Of a DNA stretch of 64,000 nucleotides, positions 17,985 to 27,883 are shown piece by piece (the stretch's first letter is position 1; each line of letters begins with the position of its first letter). The DNA comes from Nitrospirales bacterium (lineage in GTDB: Bacteria > Nitrospirota > Nitrospiria > Nitrospirales > UBA8639): positions 701,147 to 765,146 of the forward strand of contig JALDRJ010000002.1 in assembly GCA_031315865.1 (NCBI GenBank), given 5' to 3'. The notes under the pieces were generated by a model. It ran no database searches. It saw only the letters and a program-made list of their open reading frames with translations, and had not been told where the DNA came from. The position numbers were made by a program, and so were the translations under genes.

Positions 17985-18692
17985 TCAACACCATTTATTC
18001 TGGGTTTGCCAGACTTTTCCTAAATAGGAATGGATGAACGATTGACTAAGAGAGTCATCATGACTAGTGCAAATCTGACCGCGAAACGGTAGGTCTTGAT
18101 TCTTGCCTTTTCGGACCTGACGAGCATGGCAAACCAGATATCTTCGCATTTGCCAGAAGGAGATCGCTGGCATGGAAATCCGAGGTTCCCCTCTATCGAC
18201 AATCTGAAGAGCCATCCCTCCTTTCGTGCATTCTCGTTGAACAACAGGGTACGTCAGTGAGTAACGGTTTCCCCATTGGTCCTGATAGCGAATAATCAGT
18301 CGAATGTTCGATCGCCTTTCGCGGAGCAAAGGGGAATTTGATTTGACTCTCACCCATACTTCCTGCTCCGCCGTCCATGGATTCAACTGAGCTATGATGG
18401 GCATTGGCCTCTCCCCTTCGTATCCATGAACCATCACACGAATTTTCTCAGCCGGTGAACCTCCATTATTTCGAAGAGAGAGTGTGAGCACATCTTGGCC
18501 ATTGGAATAGACTGTCGCACGATTCGTGATCCGGACTTCTGGTTGTAAGGCGTGGAATTGTTTTCGAGTCTTTCCTGCTACAGTCAGAATTCGCCAATAC
18601 ACGACACTAAGCAGCGTAAAACCGATTCCAAGGGCCAGACGAAAATCAACAGGAGACGAAAAAGATGATGGGGTTAGAATATCCATGGTCAA
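17985..18692 (-). CDS. hypothetical membrane-anchored protein
   Basis: This is a 235-aa ORF with one N-terminal TM helix (LALGIGFTLLSVVYW). No motif was recognised. Confidence 0.5.
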   Translation of the reverse strand: MTMDILTPSSFSSPVDFRLALGIGFTLLSVVYWRILTVAGKTRKQFHALQPEVRITNRATVYSNGQDVLTLSLRNNGGSPAEKIRVMVHGYEGERPMPIIAQLNPWTAEQEVWVRVKSNSPLLRERRSNIRLIIRYQDQWGNRYSLTYPVVQRECTKGGMALQIVDRGEPRISMPAISFWQMRRYLVCHARQVRKGKNQDLPFRGQICTSHDDSLSQSFIHSYLGKVWQTQNKWC

Positions 18693-19818
18693 GTGCTCCC
18701 TGAAACTAGAGGCGTTTTCTGCACACGAAAGACCCGTTCGTTGATAATCCTATGTCAATGAGGCTTAGGTAATTTCCGTTCATCACAATGCCCTCTTCGA
18801 GCAAGATCAAGGCCAGTCTCGAATGAAAAAAAGAGTTGCACGCGTTTTCTTTCAATTCATACAAACCCACATAATTGGAATCCAACTGAATCGATCATCA
18901 GATTGATTTTTTGAACATCAGTGCGGCAAATTGGCAAAATTTCTGACTCGTCGAAATTTGATAACTGCCAAGTTTTCAAAAAAACGAGATGTTGATGCCA
19001 AAGACGAGTGACAAGTCTCGATAACCTACGTTGAACAACCTGTCGGGTTCATCGACATGCTTACTCCAGTTTCCGCTGCGACTACTCTACCGCCCTTAAT
19101 AGCCTACTCCTAGAGAAAGAAGCGGCAATGCCTCGATACCCGACGTGGCGGCTGTTAAGGATCTGACTGCTCGCGCCAGTTTCATGACTGCTCATCAGCT
19201 GAAAAAAGAATTCGGGAAAATGACATTTTGAGAATGCTCGTGAAATCAGTGGGTTCCCCCGTTCCCCTCCCGGAGCGTGAGACCCTCCAGCCTGGTCTGC
19301 CTTTTGCTGTACCCAAGAATCATGAATATTCCAACACAATCCACAGAGCACAGAAGTCACAATCGACTACTTCGTCACGCAGTTTCCAAAGGTAAGGAAT
19401 CGGTCCGCGTCGATCATTCCTCAGATGCATTCATGACCGCAATGTTGAACCCCTTTCTTACGGTCGAAGAAGCAATGGTAGAAGCCTACATACGACAATA
19501 TTCACCTCCTGATCAACATGGCTGACCTCTTCGGCCCTCTTATGTGCCGATGATGACTGCGACTTTACGACGAGAACGAAACATCCCCCTCGCACGTTCC
19601 ATCCACTGCTACGTTCTGCCTGTTGGTCACCTCCTAATGCAGGGATAACCTGCCATGTTCTAGGCATCTCCGATTTTGTCGCCCAGAATTGGTGCCTGCG
19701 ATCGCAACAAGCACAAAAGATTGGTACAATTCCCAGGAGATAGGTCGGAATCGAATAGGCCTCGAACATACAGAGATGTACCAATAGTTCCCTCTCAAGC
19801 ACTCTTCATCGCATACCC

Positions 19819-22800
19819 ATGCCATCGCCAAGCTCAAACCCGCTTCGCGGCCTTCTCATCACACAGTTCTGCGGAGCCTTTAATGACAATGCCTGGAAAC
19901 TTATGGTGGCCTTGTTGGCCATTAAACAGGTTGGAGCCGAATTAGGTGCGACTGGTCCTGAATTTGAGGCTGCCGCCCAAACGGGCACCACGATCACGTT
20001 TGTCGTATTTACCCTTCCGATGATGATGATATCGATTATTGCGGGTGTTTTTTCTGACCGTTTCAGCAAACGAAATGTCATCATCGCCATGAAATGGGTA
20101 GAAGTTGGCCTGATGTCGCTCGGTACCTTCGCGTTGTTTCTCAATCCTCGAGGTGGGATGCTCCCCCTGATCGTGCTAATGGGAATGGGGGCTCAAAGTG
20201 CTCTGTATAGTCCGGCAAAGTACGGAATTCTTCCTGAAATTCTGCCCCATGAACAACTCACGATGGGCAATGGATCATTGGAACTCTGGACCTTTGCGGC
20301 CATCATCGCAGGAACGGCCGCGGGCGGCGTATTGTTGGGCATCACAGACCCAACTCCGTGGCTCGCGGGACTTCTTCTGACTGGCTTAACCGTCGTGGGG
20401 CTGGCAGCCGCGTATGCCATTCCCCCCGTGCCAGCCGCCCGGGCCGAAGGTGGAATCAAAGCCACGATTGTTTCTGCCTGGGAGGCGGTTCAATCGGATC
20501 GGGTCCTGCGATTCGGGATCATCGGAGCTATCGCGTTCTGGACTATCGCGAGTCTCGTAGGCCAGGACATCATCATTTACGGAAAGTCCGTTTTGGGTTT
20601 GTCTGATTCAAAAACCGGATTACCCTTGGCGGCCTTTGGCGTCGGCATCGGTGTTGGTGCCGTCCTCGCGGGAAAATGGTCTGGTGCGAAAGTCGAATAT
20701 GGACTCATTCCCTTAGGCGCCATCGGTCTGAGCTTGTGTTTGCTCGTGCTGGGAATCGCTCAACCACAGCTCTTTGGAACACTGCTCTGGATGTGCCTCT
20801 TGGGAGTCGCGAGCGGATTTGTCGTCGTTCCGATCAATGCCCTGATTCAGTGGCGTTCACCGGAAGATCGACGGGGAGCGGTGATTGCCCTCTCCAACAC
20901 CGCGGTGTTTAGCGGAGTGCTCATTGGATCATTAAGCGCCGGGCTCTTCTCGGGAATTGGCCTGAGCGCAAGTGGTATCTTAATTGTATCTGGAGGCTTG
21001 ACGTTGGCGGCCACCGTCTGGGCGCTCACGCTCCTACCAGGTGCGTTTCTTCGCGTCGCGTTAAGCCTCTTTACTCATACGTTCTATCGGCTCACGATTT
21101 TACACCGCGAACATGTTCCGCAGGAAGGCGGCGCCTTGCTGGTCGCCAACCATGTTTCGTTCGTGGACGGCTTATTGATCCTCGCAAGTTTGGACCGCCC
21201 TGTACGATTTATCGTCGATCAATACTATTACGACCATCCTCTCTTTCGCGGGCTGGCTCGAGTCATGGATGCCATTCCCATTTCATCGACTGGCACACCC
21301 AGAGAAATCCTCAAGGCCCTTCGCGAGGCTGGCCGACATTTAGATGACGGAGACTTGGTATGCATTTTCCCGGAAGGTCAGATTACGAGAACCGGCGGCC
21401 TTTTACCGTTTCGCCAAGGCTTTGAACGAATCATCAAGGGTCGCGAAATCCCGATTATTCCCGTACATCTCGATCGCGTTTGGGGAAGCATCTTCAGTTT
21501 TATCGGAGGGAAATTTCTGACCAAACTCCCGGAACGCGTCCCTTACCCGGTCACGGTATCCTATGGCGCACCACTTCCCTCCACGACCTCGGCTCATGAA
21601 GTACGAATGATCATCCAGGAGATGGGAGAAGCGGCCTGGGTAGAACGAAAACCCAGCTGCAGGCCTCTCCACCATTCATTCGTCTGGGCCATGCGTCGCC
21701 ACCCCTTTCGATTCGCCTTCGGAGACCTGACGCGACCCAAAGTCTCCTGCCTTGAAGCCCTCACTGGCGCCATCGTCCTGGCCAGGGCACTCCGAACGCC
21801 ATGGGAGGGACAACACACGGTTGGCATCTTACTGCCATCAAGCGTGGCCGGGGCATTAGTCAACATCGCCGCGACGCTTTCCGGCCGAACCACGGTCAAT
21901 CTCAACTTTACGGCGGGCCGAGGTGGCATGGAATCAGCCGCCAAGCAAGCTAGTCTCCAAACGGTTGTCACGAGCCGACAGTTTATCGAAAAGGCGAAAT
22001 TAGAGATTCCGGAAACCGTGACGATGATATGGCTGGAGAACATCCGTCAAACCATACGTTCGACCGACAAACTGATGGCCATGCTGCTTGGACTCTTTGC
22101 GCCCATGACGCTGCTGGAGAGGAAATGCGGGGCCGTGTGTCGTCCCGCCATGGACGACCTCGCGACGATCATTTTCAGTAGCGGGAGCACCGGTGAACCG
22201 AAGGGTGTCATGCTGAGCCACTTTAATATTGATTCCAATGTCGAAGCGGTGGCTCAATCCCTCCACGTGGGCGCCCACGATCGCCTCCTGGGAATCCTGC
22301 CTTTTTTTCATTCATTCGGATACCTGGCGACATTATGGTTTCCGATCATCCACGGGGCCGGTGTGGTATTCCACCCGTCTCCGCTTGATGCCGGGCCCAT
22401 CGGTGAGCTCGTGCACAAGTATCGAATCACGATCTTACTGACTACACCGACATTCCTCCAACTCTACTTGCGTCGGTGCACGCCTGAACAGTTCGGGTCT
22501 CTTCGTATCGTGCTCACGGGCGCTGAAAAATTACCGGACCGGCTGCTTCAGGCCTTTGAAGAACGGTTCGGCATACGGCCCATCGAGGGCTACGGCGTGA
22601 CGGAATGCTCACCGGTCGTCGCGGTCAATTGTCCTGACTTTCGAGCCGCTGGCTTCTTCCAGCCCGCCTCTCGCCCCGGTACTGTCGGTCAGCCCTTGCC
22701 GGGCGTGTCGATCCGGATCGTCGATCCGGACACGTTTGCCCCTTTGCCGTCGGAAACTCCCGGCATGTTGCTCGTGAAAGGCTCGAATGTCATGAAAGGC

Positions 22801-23256
22801 TATTTAGGACGAGAAGACCTCACCGCCAAATCGATGCATGAGGGATGGTATATCACCGGCGACATTGCTCAAGTCGACGAAGAAGGCTTCATCAAAATCA
22901 CCGACAGACTCTCGAGATTTTCCAAGATCGGGGGGGAAATGGTCCCCCATGGGAAAGTTGAAGAAGCATTGCATCGAGCGGTCAACGCCGACACCCAGGT
23001 CTTTGCCGTGACGTCAGTGCCTGATGAAAAAAAGGGGGAACAATTGGCTGTCCTGCATATTGTCGACGAAAAGGCTATCCCGAAGCTGCTGGAGAAAGTT
23101 GCGGCGAGTGGACTCCCGAATCTGTTCATTCCCAGGAAGGACTACTTCATAAAAGTGGAACAAATCCCCGTGTTGGGCACCGGCAAACTAGATTTGCGCG
23201 CACTCAAACACATCGCCAAAGACCATCTCTTTCCTGCTCAGGCAAGGGTTCAATAA
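19819..23256 (+). CDS. aas: triple-domain LplT-like MFS transporter / PlsC-type acyltransferase / acyl-ACP (AMP-forming) synthetase, Aas-like
   Basis: The N-terminal ~400 aa is a polytopic MFS domain. The acyltransferase HX4D motif is NHVSFVDG. The adenylation motif is FSSGSTGEPKGVMLSH, with a later GWYITGD and GKLD near the C-terminus. Confidence 0.85.
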   Translation: MPSPSSNPLRGLLITQFCGAFNDNAWKLMVALLAIKQVGAELGATGPEFEAAAQTGTTITFVVFTLPMMMISIIAGVFSDRFSKRNVIIAMKWVEVGLMSLGTFALFLNPRGGMLPLIVLMGMGAQSALYSPAKYGILPEILPHEQLTMGNGSLELWTFAAIIAGTAAGGVLLGITDPTPWLAGLLLTGLTVVGLAAAYAIPPVPAARAEGGIKATIVSAWEAVQSDRVLRFGIIGAIAFWTIASLVGQDIIIYGKSVLGLSDSKTGLPLAAFGVGIGVGAVLAGKWSGAKVEYGLIPLGAIGLSLCLLVLGIAQPQLFGTLLWMCLLGVASGFVVVPINALIQWRSPEDRRGAVIALSNTAVFSGVLIGSLSAGLFSGIGLSASGILIVSGGLTLAATVWALTLLPGAFLRVALSLFTHTFYRLTILHREHVPQEGGALLVANHVSFVDGLLILASLDRPVRFIVDQYYYDHPLFRGLARVMDAIPISSTGTPREILKALREAGRHLDDGDLVCIFPEGQITRTGGLLPFRQGFERIIKGREIPIIPVHLDRVWGSIFSFIGGKFLTKLPERVPYPVTVSYGAPLPSTTSAHEVRMIIQEMGEAAWVERKPSCRPLHHSFVWAMRRHPFRFAFGDLTRPKVSCLEALTGAIVLARALRTPWEGQHTVGILLPSSVAGALVNIAATLSGRTTVNLNFTAGRGGMESAAKQASLQTVVTSRQFIEKAKLEIPETVTMIWLENIRQTIRSTDKLMAMLLGLFAPMTLLERKCGAVCRPAMDDLATIIFSSGSTGEPKGVMLSHFNIDSNVEAVAQSLHVGAHDRLLGILPFFHSFGYLATLWFPIIHGAGVVFHPSPLDAGPIGELVHKYRITILLTTPTFLQLYLRRCTPEQFGSLRIVLTGAEKLPDRLLQAFEERFGIRPIEGYGVTECSPVVAVNCPDFRAAGFFQPASRPGTVGQPLPGVSIRIVDPDTFAPLPSETPGMLLVKGSNVMKGYLGREDLTAKSMHEGWYITGDIAQVDEEGFIKITDRLSRFSKIGGEMVPHGKVEEALHRAVNADTQVFAVTSVPDEKKGEQLAVLHIVDEKAIPKLLEKVAASGLPNLFIPRKDYFIKVEQIPVLGTGKLDLRALKHIAKDHLFPAQARVQ

Positions 23257-23297
23257 TTCGATATTACCGGCAGCGCATAACGAACATCTTGTGTCGT

Positions 23298-23618
23298 TCA
23301 GGTCGCGTCAGTTCTTTCACGTCCGCACTTCCAACAAGTCGTAAACTCCCCCTCATGCTGCTCGCCACAGTTCGGGCATGTCCATCGTTCTGCGTTTACA
23401 TTGGCTGCTTCGTCCCATTTGTCTAGGATTTCTTTCGCTCTGGGATAATCATCATCATTGATGACCCACAACTCAGGAAAGACCTCGACAAATGGCACTT
23501 CGCCGGCGAGCGATGAGCCCTGCTGATTTTTGATCGTACAGAGAATCCCTTCCTGATCAAGCATTTCTTTTCGTGTTTCGACCTCAATCAAATTCTGTGA
23601 GACGTAGAGTTTTTTCAT
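23298..23618 (-). CDS. DUF2007-like domain fused to a C-terminal zinc ribbon
   Basis: I set the start at the internal MKKLYV, because the longest-ORF start overlaps the upstream gene. The C-terminus has CPNCG...CWKCG. Confidence 0.65.
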   Translation of the reverse strand: MKKLYVSQNLIEVETRKEMLDQEGILCTIKNQQGSSLAGEVPFVEVFPELWVINDDDYPRAKEILDKWDEAANVNAERWTCPNCGEQHEGEFTTCWKCGRERTDAT

Positions 23619-23635
23619 CGATCGACGGGACCTCA

Positions 23636-24283
23636 TCAAGGGAGGAAAAACGAAAACCCTCCACTGAATAACCACGCGTTTAACCCAACGTTTCGATCAC
23701 CGGTATTCGCGTTGGAAATATGGTGATATCGGACACTCGTCGTCAAAGCAAACTGCTTCGTCACAAAATACTGAACGCCCGGGCCAGTCTCCAGAACGAA
23801 ATTTACCTGCGTACTTTGTTCGGGAATTCTTGGCGCCAGATCAGTCCACAACATTCCCGCCCCCATGTCCCAATACGGCATCCAGCGGCCAAAGGATAAA
23901 AAATTATACTTGAGCACCAATGACAGCCCCCCGGCATAGGCTTTGAAGGGTTTCCAGTACCGCGCCCCTAACGGTTCAGCGAGGAACTCCAGGTTTCCGG
24001 TCCCCCACCCCGCCTCAAACGGATCAGTGAACACGATGCCGATACGCGGAAGAACATAGACGGCGCGTTGATTTGATGAGGGCTTCGTGCCATCTAAGCT
24101 GTTTTCTTTCCAATAGCCAGCGATCACACCAAGCTCCATTGTCCCCTTCTTCACCGTGTCCCGGGCTTCGAATTCTGCCAGCCCGACAGATGGAGCGATG
24201 AGCACAATGCACAATATCCCTATGACCAAACCACGACGTTTCCGCATTGTCTGAGGTATCCGACTTCCCGTATTCATCGACAT
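23636..24283 (-). CDS. PagL-like acyloxyacyl hydrolase / lipid A deacylase family outer-membrane beta-barrel
   Basis: It has a signal peptide, alternating beta-strand pattern, a conserved HHISNA..G..N.G motif and a C-terminal aromatic residue (FSFFLP). Confidence 0.65.
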   Translation of the reverse strand: MSMNTGSRIPQTMRKRRGLVIGILCIVLIAPSVGLAEFEARDTVKKGTMELGVIAGYWKENSLDGTKPSSNQRAVYVLPRIGIVFTDPFEAGWGTGNLEFLAEPLGARYWKPFKAYAGGLSLVLKYNFLSFGRWMPYWDMGAGMLWTDLAPRIPEQSTQVNFVLETGPGVQYFVTKQFALTTSVRYHHISNANTGDRNVGLNAWLFSGGFSFFLP

Positions 24284-24585
24284 ACGTACTTCCCTTTCAC
24301 CTTGGGACTACTGGAATGTGAGCGAGCGCTGCATCTTACCGTTGCCACCAGGCTCAATCAACATCTGCAATGAATATGAAGGGCAGGCAACAGGGAAGAA
24401 TGACGAGGAATGAGATAATGCTATTGTACGTGAGATGGGATACAATGAAGCACTTTCACACGCATATATAGCGAATCCACATATCGTTCCAAGCGATACG
24501 GACGACACACCCCGCGCGGTATAACGTTGAACCAGACGGATGTTATTTGAAACGGCTATACCCTGCTCGACTTCAGGAAATTCAC

Positions 24586-24780
24586 ATGAAACTCACCTCG
24601 ACGGTTTTTAGTGAACTGCTAGATGATTCCATTCAGCGTCTCAATAACGCCATGTCTGAGCTGGAGAAGATCATCAAACGCATGCAAAAACTCGATGAGC
24701 GACCAGCCTCCCCTCCACGATCGCCTGCGCGGTCTTGCTACGACCCGTCAGACAGCTCTTCACAACGTTTGCTACATTAG
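24586..24780 (+). CDS. small coiled-coil protein (paralogue of 17617..17889)
   Basis: I chose the ATG at 24586, which has AGGAAA 6 nt upstream. The track ORF starts at TTG 24547. The shared core is ELEKIIKRMQKLDER, followed by an S/P-rich tail as in the paralogue. Confidence 0.45.
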   Translation: MKLTSTVFSELLDDSIQRLNNAMSELEKIIKRMQKLDERPASPPRSPARSCYDPSDSSSQRLLH

Positions 24781-24951
24781 AACGTCGAACACGTAAAAGT
24801 CTTTCCTGGCTATCATCTGAACAATATAAGCCGGCAGTCTCGTGGAAGTACTCTGGCTCATGAAGATCCATGACAACCTTGCGTATTCATTCACACAGCG
24901 TTATCGTCCAAAATTCTTTTATGCAAACCATTTTTCTAGTGAGGGTAGCCA

Positions 24952-25782
24952 ATGAATCCCACATCGACTGACATGGAGGCGTTAAAAGCCAGGATGAAGG
25001 CCACATGGATGGCTGGAAACTTTGGCTTGATCGCCAAGTCCTATGAGACAGGAGCCCAACACTTTGTCGAGCGGCTCCAACTTCAGCCAGGCATGCGTGT
25101 TTTGGACGTTGCCTGTGGCACGGGCAATCTCTCGATTCCTGCCGCGAAGGCTGGCGCCACAGTCACCGGCATTGATATCGCCACGAATTTACTGGAACAA
25201 GCGCGAGCCAACGCGAAAGCTGAGGGATTAACAGCCGAATTCGAGGAAGGAGATGCCGAGAATCTCCCGTACCCTGACGCAAGCTTCGACGCTGTGGTCA
25301 CGATGTTTGGGGCGATGTTTGCTCCGCGTCCTGAACTCGTCGCGACGGAACTCCTCCGGGTGTGCAAACCGAATGGCGTCATCGCCATGGCAAACTGGAC
25401 GGCAACGGGGTTTATCGGACAGATGTTTACGATGATATCGAAACTCGTTCCACCGCCGGACATTCCCTCTCCCATTCAATGGGGCAGCGAGGACATCGCG
25501 CGAGAACGATTGGGGACCGGGACAGAGCTACAATTTCATCGTCCTCATATAGCCCTGAAATTTCCTTTCGCCGGTAAGGAGCTCATCGAGTTCTGGCGCC
25601 AGTATTACGGACCGACAAATCGCGCCTTTGCGGCACTTGCGTCATCTCCGGAGAAACAGGAAGCCCTTCACAACGATCTTGAACGCTTATGGACTGACCA
25701 TAACCAAAACACGGATGGGACCACATGTGTCGAATCTGAATACCTCGAAATCCACGCTATTCGTCAGTTGTGTCACGAATAA
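24952..25782 (+). CDS. class I SAM-dependent methyltransferase
   Basis: Motif I is VLDVACGTGNLS. The post-I acidic residue is in GIDIA. The overall layout is methyltransferase type 11-like. Confidence 0.85.
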   Translation: MNPTSTDMEALKARMKATWMAGNFGLIAKSYETGAQHFVERLQLQPGMRVLDVACGTGNLSIPAAKAGATVTGIDIATNLLEQARANAKAEGLTAEFEEGDAENLPYPDASFDAVVTMFGAMFAPRPELVATELLRVCKPNGVIAMANWTATGFIGQMFTMISKLVPPPDIPSPIQWGSEDIARERLGTGTELQFHRPHIALKFPFAGKELIEFWRQYYGPTNRAFAALASSPEKQEALHNDLERLWTDHNQNTDGTTCVESEYLEIHAIRQLCHE

Positions 25783-25796
25783 TGTCGAGAGCTTTC

Positions 25797-26375
25797 TTAT
25801 TCATGAATAAATTTCAAAAAGTTCAACACTTTGTGAGGGGCATAGGCCCCTGCAACCTGTCCAATTTTGGTCTTGATTTCAATGTTTGATACTTGGCCCG
25901 TCAGTATGATGTGTTCGTGAGCCGTCGTGATCACGATATCTTTTTCTTCGGGAAACAGAGCCGTCAGATTTTGCTTCAAGTCATCGATCGGGAGATGCAC
26001 GACCAATTCCAAGACGGCGGAGAGATTTTTCTTCTTGTCCCACAGGGTCAACGTGGTATAGCCGATACCCTTTCCTGCGAGATAGAGCTGGGTGGGGCTG
26101 AGAATGAGAGAATCAGCAATCGCAGGATTCGCCACTTGAGCCCCAACAAAAGGCTCAGGGAAGGCTAAGACTAAGGCATGCCCTAAAGGAATTCGCTTCA
26201 CGACCACGTTCGATGTTCGAATATTGACTTGAGTATCGACCGTGGCCTCGTCTTTCTCGATCGACTTGATCGGCATATTCTCCACCAACTCTTCGGCTTC
26301 CGCCACCGACGACAATCCCACGAAGCACATCGCAACCATGACGCAGAAAAGATCGAGTCGTTTCATGATGACCAT
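25797..26375 (-). CDS. periplasmic protein with a secretin/pilus N-terminal-like domain and a BON domain
   Basis: It has a signal peptide. The region V.NP.IAD..ILSP.QLYL.GK..G.T.LTLWD resembles the pilus-formation N-terminal region. The C-terminal ILTGQVSN....K resembles BON. Confidence 0.55.
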   Translation of the reverse strand: MVIMKRLDLFCVMVAMCFVGLSSVAEAEELVENMPIKSIEKDEATVDTQVNIRTSNVVVKRIPLGHALVLAFPEPFVGAQVANPAIADSLILSPTQLYLAGKGIGYTTLTLWDKKKNLSAVLELVVHLPIDDLKQNLTALFPEEKDIVITTAHEHIILTGQVSNIEIKTKIGQVAGAYAPHKVLNFLKFIHE

Positions 26376-26858
26376 TGCCTCCTGTACGAAACATTCATGA
26401 ATGCATGACTTTTCATAGATGCCAACTTTGGCATCACTGTCAAACCTTTCCAGGTGACAGGAATCAAAGAATACACAAAATAGATCGCTCAGAGATAGTG
26501 AAATAGAAGATGAAGAAAAGGGTTTTCAACTAAGTTGCGCCTTGATGCTTCTGGGCCATGAAGACATTTTTCACCTGCTGACATGATTAGGCGTCGATAG
26601 ACAGGTAACGACAAGAATCCCAGCTATTCGGGTTTCCCCTTCCAACTTCGCTCCCTTGCTCACGCATCCTACTCGCTAGATTGTATCCATCTTAATCGCA
26701 AGCAGCTTTGCTGACTGATTCGTTTGAGGCCATTACCGCTAGAACTTGTCGGTTTCTAGAATGCCAGATAGGCCATTCGTGGAATACTCATTCACGTCAG
26801 AGACTGCGCACTCTGAACGAGCATTCAAACGTTCATCTCAACAAGGAGCAATCTCGTC

Positions 26859-26945
26859 GTGAAATCCTTTGACCTTCTCCTCACTATTTCTGCCTGCGGG
26901 GTTTTTGCTTGGATTTGGATGACCATGGTTCAGCGTTCGGAGTAA
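26859..26945 (+). CDS. 28-aa hydrophobic micro-protein (candidate)
   Basis: It is too short for the track. The GTG start has AAGGAG 10 nt upstream. The peptide is (M)KSFDLLLTISACGVFAWIWMTMVQRSE. It is followed by a hairpin plus T-run at 26978-27006. Confidence 0.35.
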   Translation: MKSFDLLLTISACGVFAWIWMTMVQRSE

Positions 26946-26977
26946 CCGTAGCAAAGGAAGGACTTGCCTTTCATCGT

Positions 26978-27006
26978 CAGGCGGGAAAGCCGTCTGTCTC
27001 TTTTTT
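26978..27006 (+). terminator. intrinsic terminator-like hairpin after the micro-ORF
   Basis: CAGGCGG-GAAAG-CCGTCTG forms 7 bp (one G-T), followed by TCTCTTTTTTC. The T-run is present only in the plus-strand sense. Confidence 0.4.
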
Positions 27007-27375
27007 CTAGTGGCGTGGGTTCATCCCGTTAGGTAAACACAGAAAATCCACTCGTTGGGTGACTTGCTGACCGGCATTCGTAATCATCGTGTAATGAGTG
27101 CCTTTTTTTAAACTTGCATGCTTGGTATTGCCGAGTTGAGTCGCGTAGGACTCATAGAGCGACGTATTCTCCTGAGCCGCCAACGTCAGGCAATCATGAT
27201 AGTTAGGCGTCGCGTTCAGGACTTCCCAAATCAGAGGGTCTGTTGTGCGCGCCGTATCCTTGTTGACCTTCATCCATAACACCCACGCTCCGTCCGCAAA
27301 GGCCACGTTGGTCGCCAGCAAAAGAGTCAACGTTAATACGCAGGTCCGTACGAATGTCCAATGCGATGTGGTCAT
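27007..27375 (-). CDS. secreted hypothetical protein
   Basis: This 122-aa ORF has a clear signal peptide (LTLLLATNVAFA/DG) and two Cys residues. Confidence 0.55.
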   Translation of the reverse strand: MTTSHWTFVRTCVLTLTLLLATNVAFADGAWVLWMKVNKDTARTTDPLIWEVLNATPNYHDCLTLAAQENTSLYESYATQLGNTKHASLKKGTHYTMITNAGQQVTQRVDFLCLPNGMNPRH

Positions 27376-27883
27376 GTCATGGATTCCGGCTCTAACGACA
27401 TTGGCTTGGATTTGAGGCTTGGCTTTGATAGATCATCTGAGCATTTTACTCCGTCCAGCCAGAGAAAATCTTTACCTACTGGAAAATGGCAGCAAAAAAT
27501 AAGCCGCGCCAGATGAGAGACTGGCGCGGCTCAAGGGGTGCAATCCTCAAGGCTCATCACACCTTGAGAAAGTCGATGCTTCTACCCCTCAGTGTGCGCA
27601 GAGTGACATTGGGAAGACAAGGGGAACAGGTGTTCCCAACCCTCTTTGCCTTGAATCTGAATACAGAGAAAACGGGTGCCAGATGGAGACAGACCAGAAG
27701 ACTGGGCCTATCGTCAAAAACGGTCCAGCTTCCTGTTCTTAAGGGCATCTCTAAAAACGAGGATTTTTTTGTGAGGGCAAGGAAACCACGCGCGGAAAAC
27801 CACAGTGTATATGGGAATACATGAGGATTTGAGCACGCGGTTGACGCCACCATCGCGGAAAAGGACAGTGTTTAGAGGTGCCA

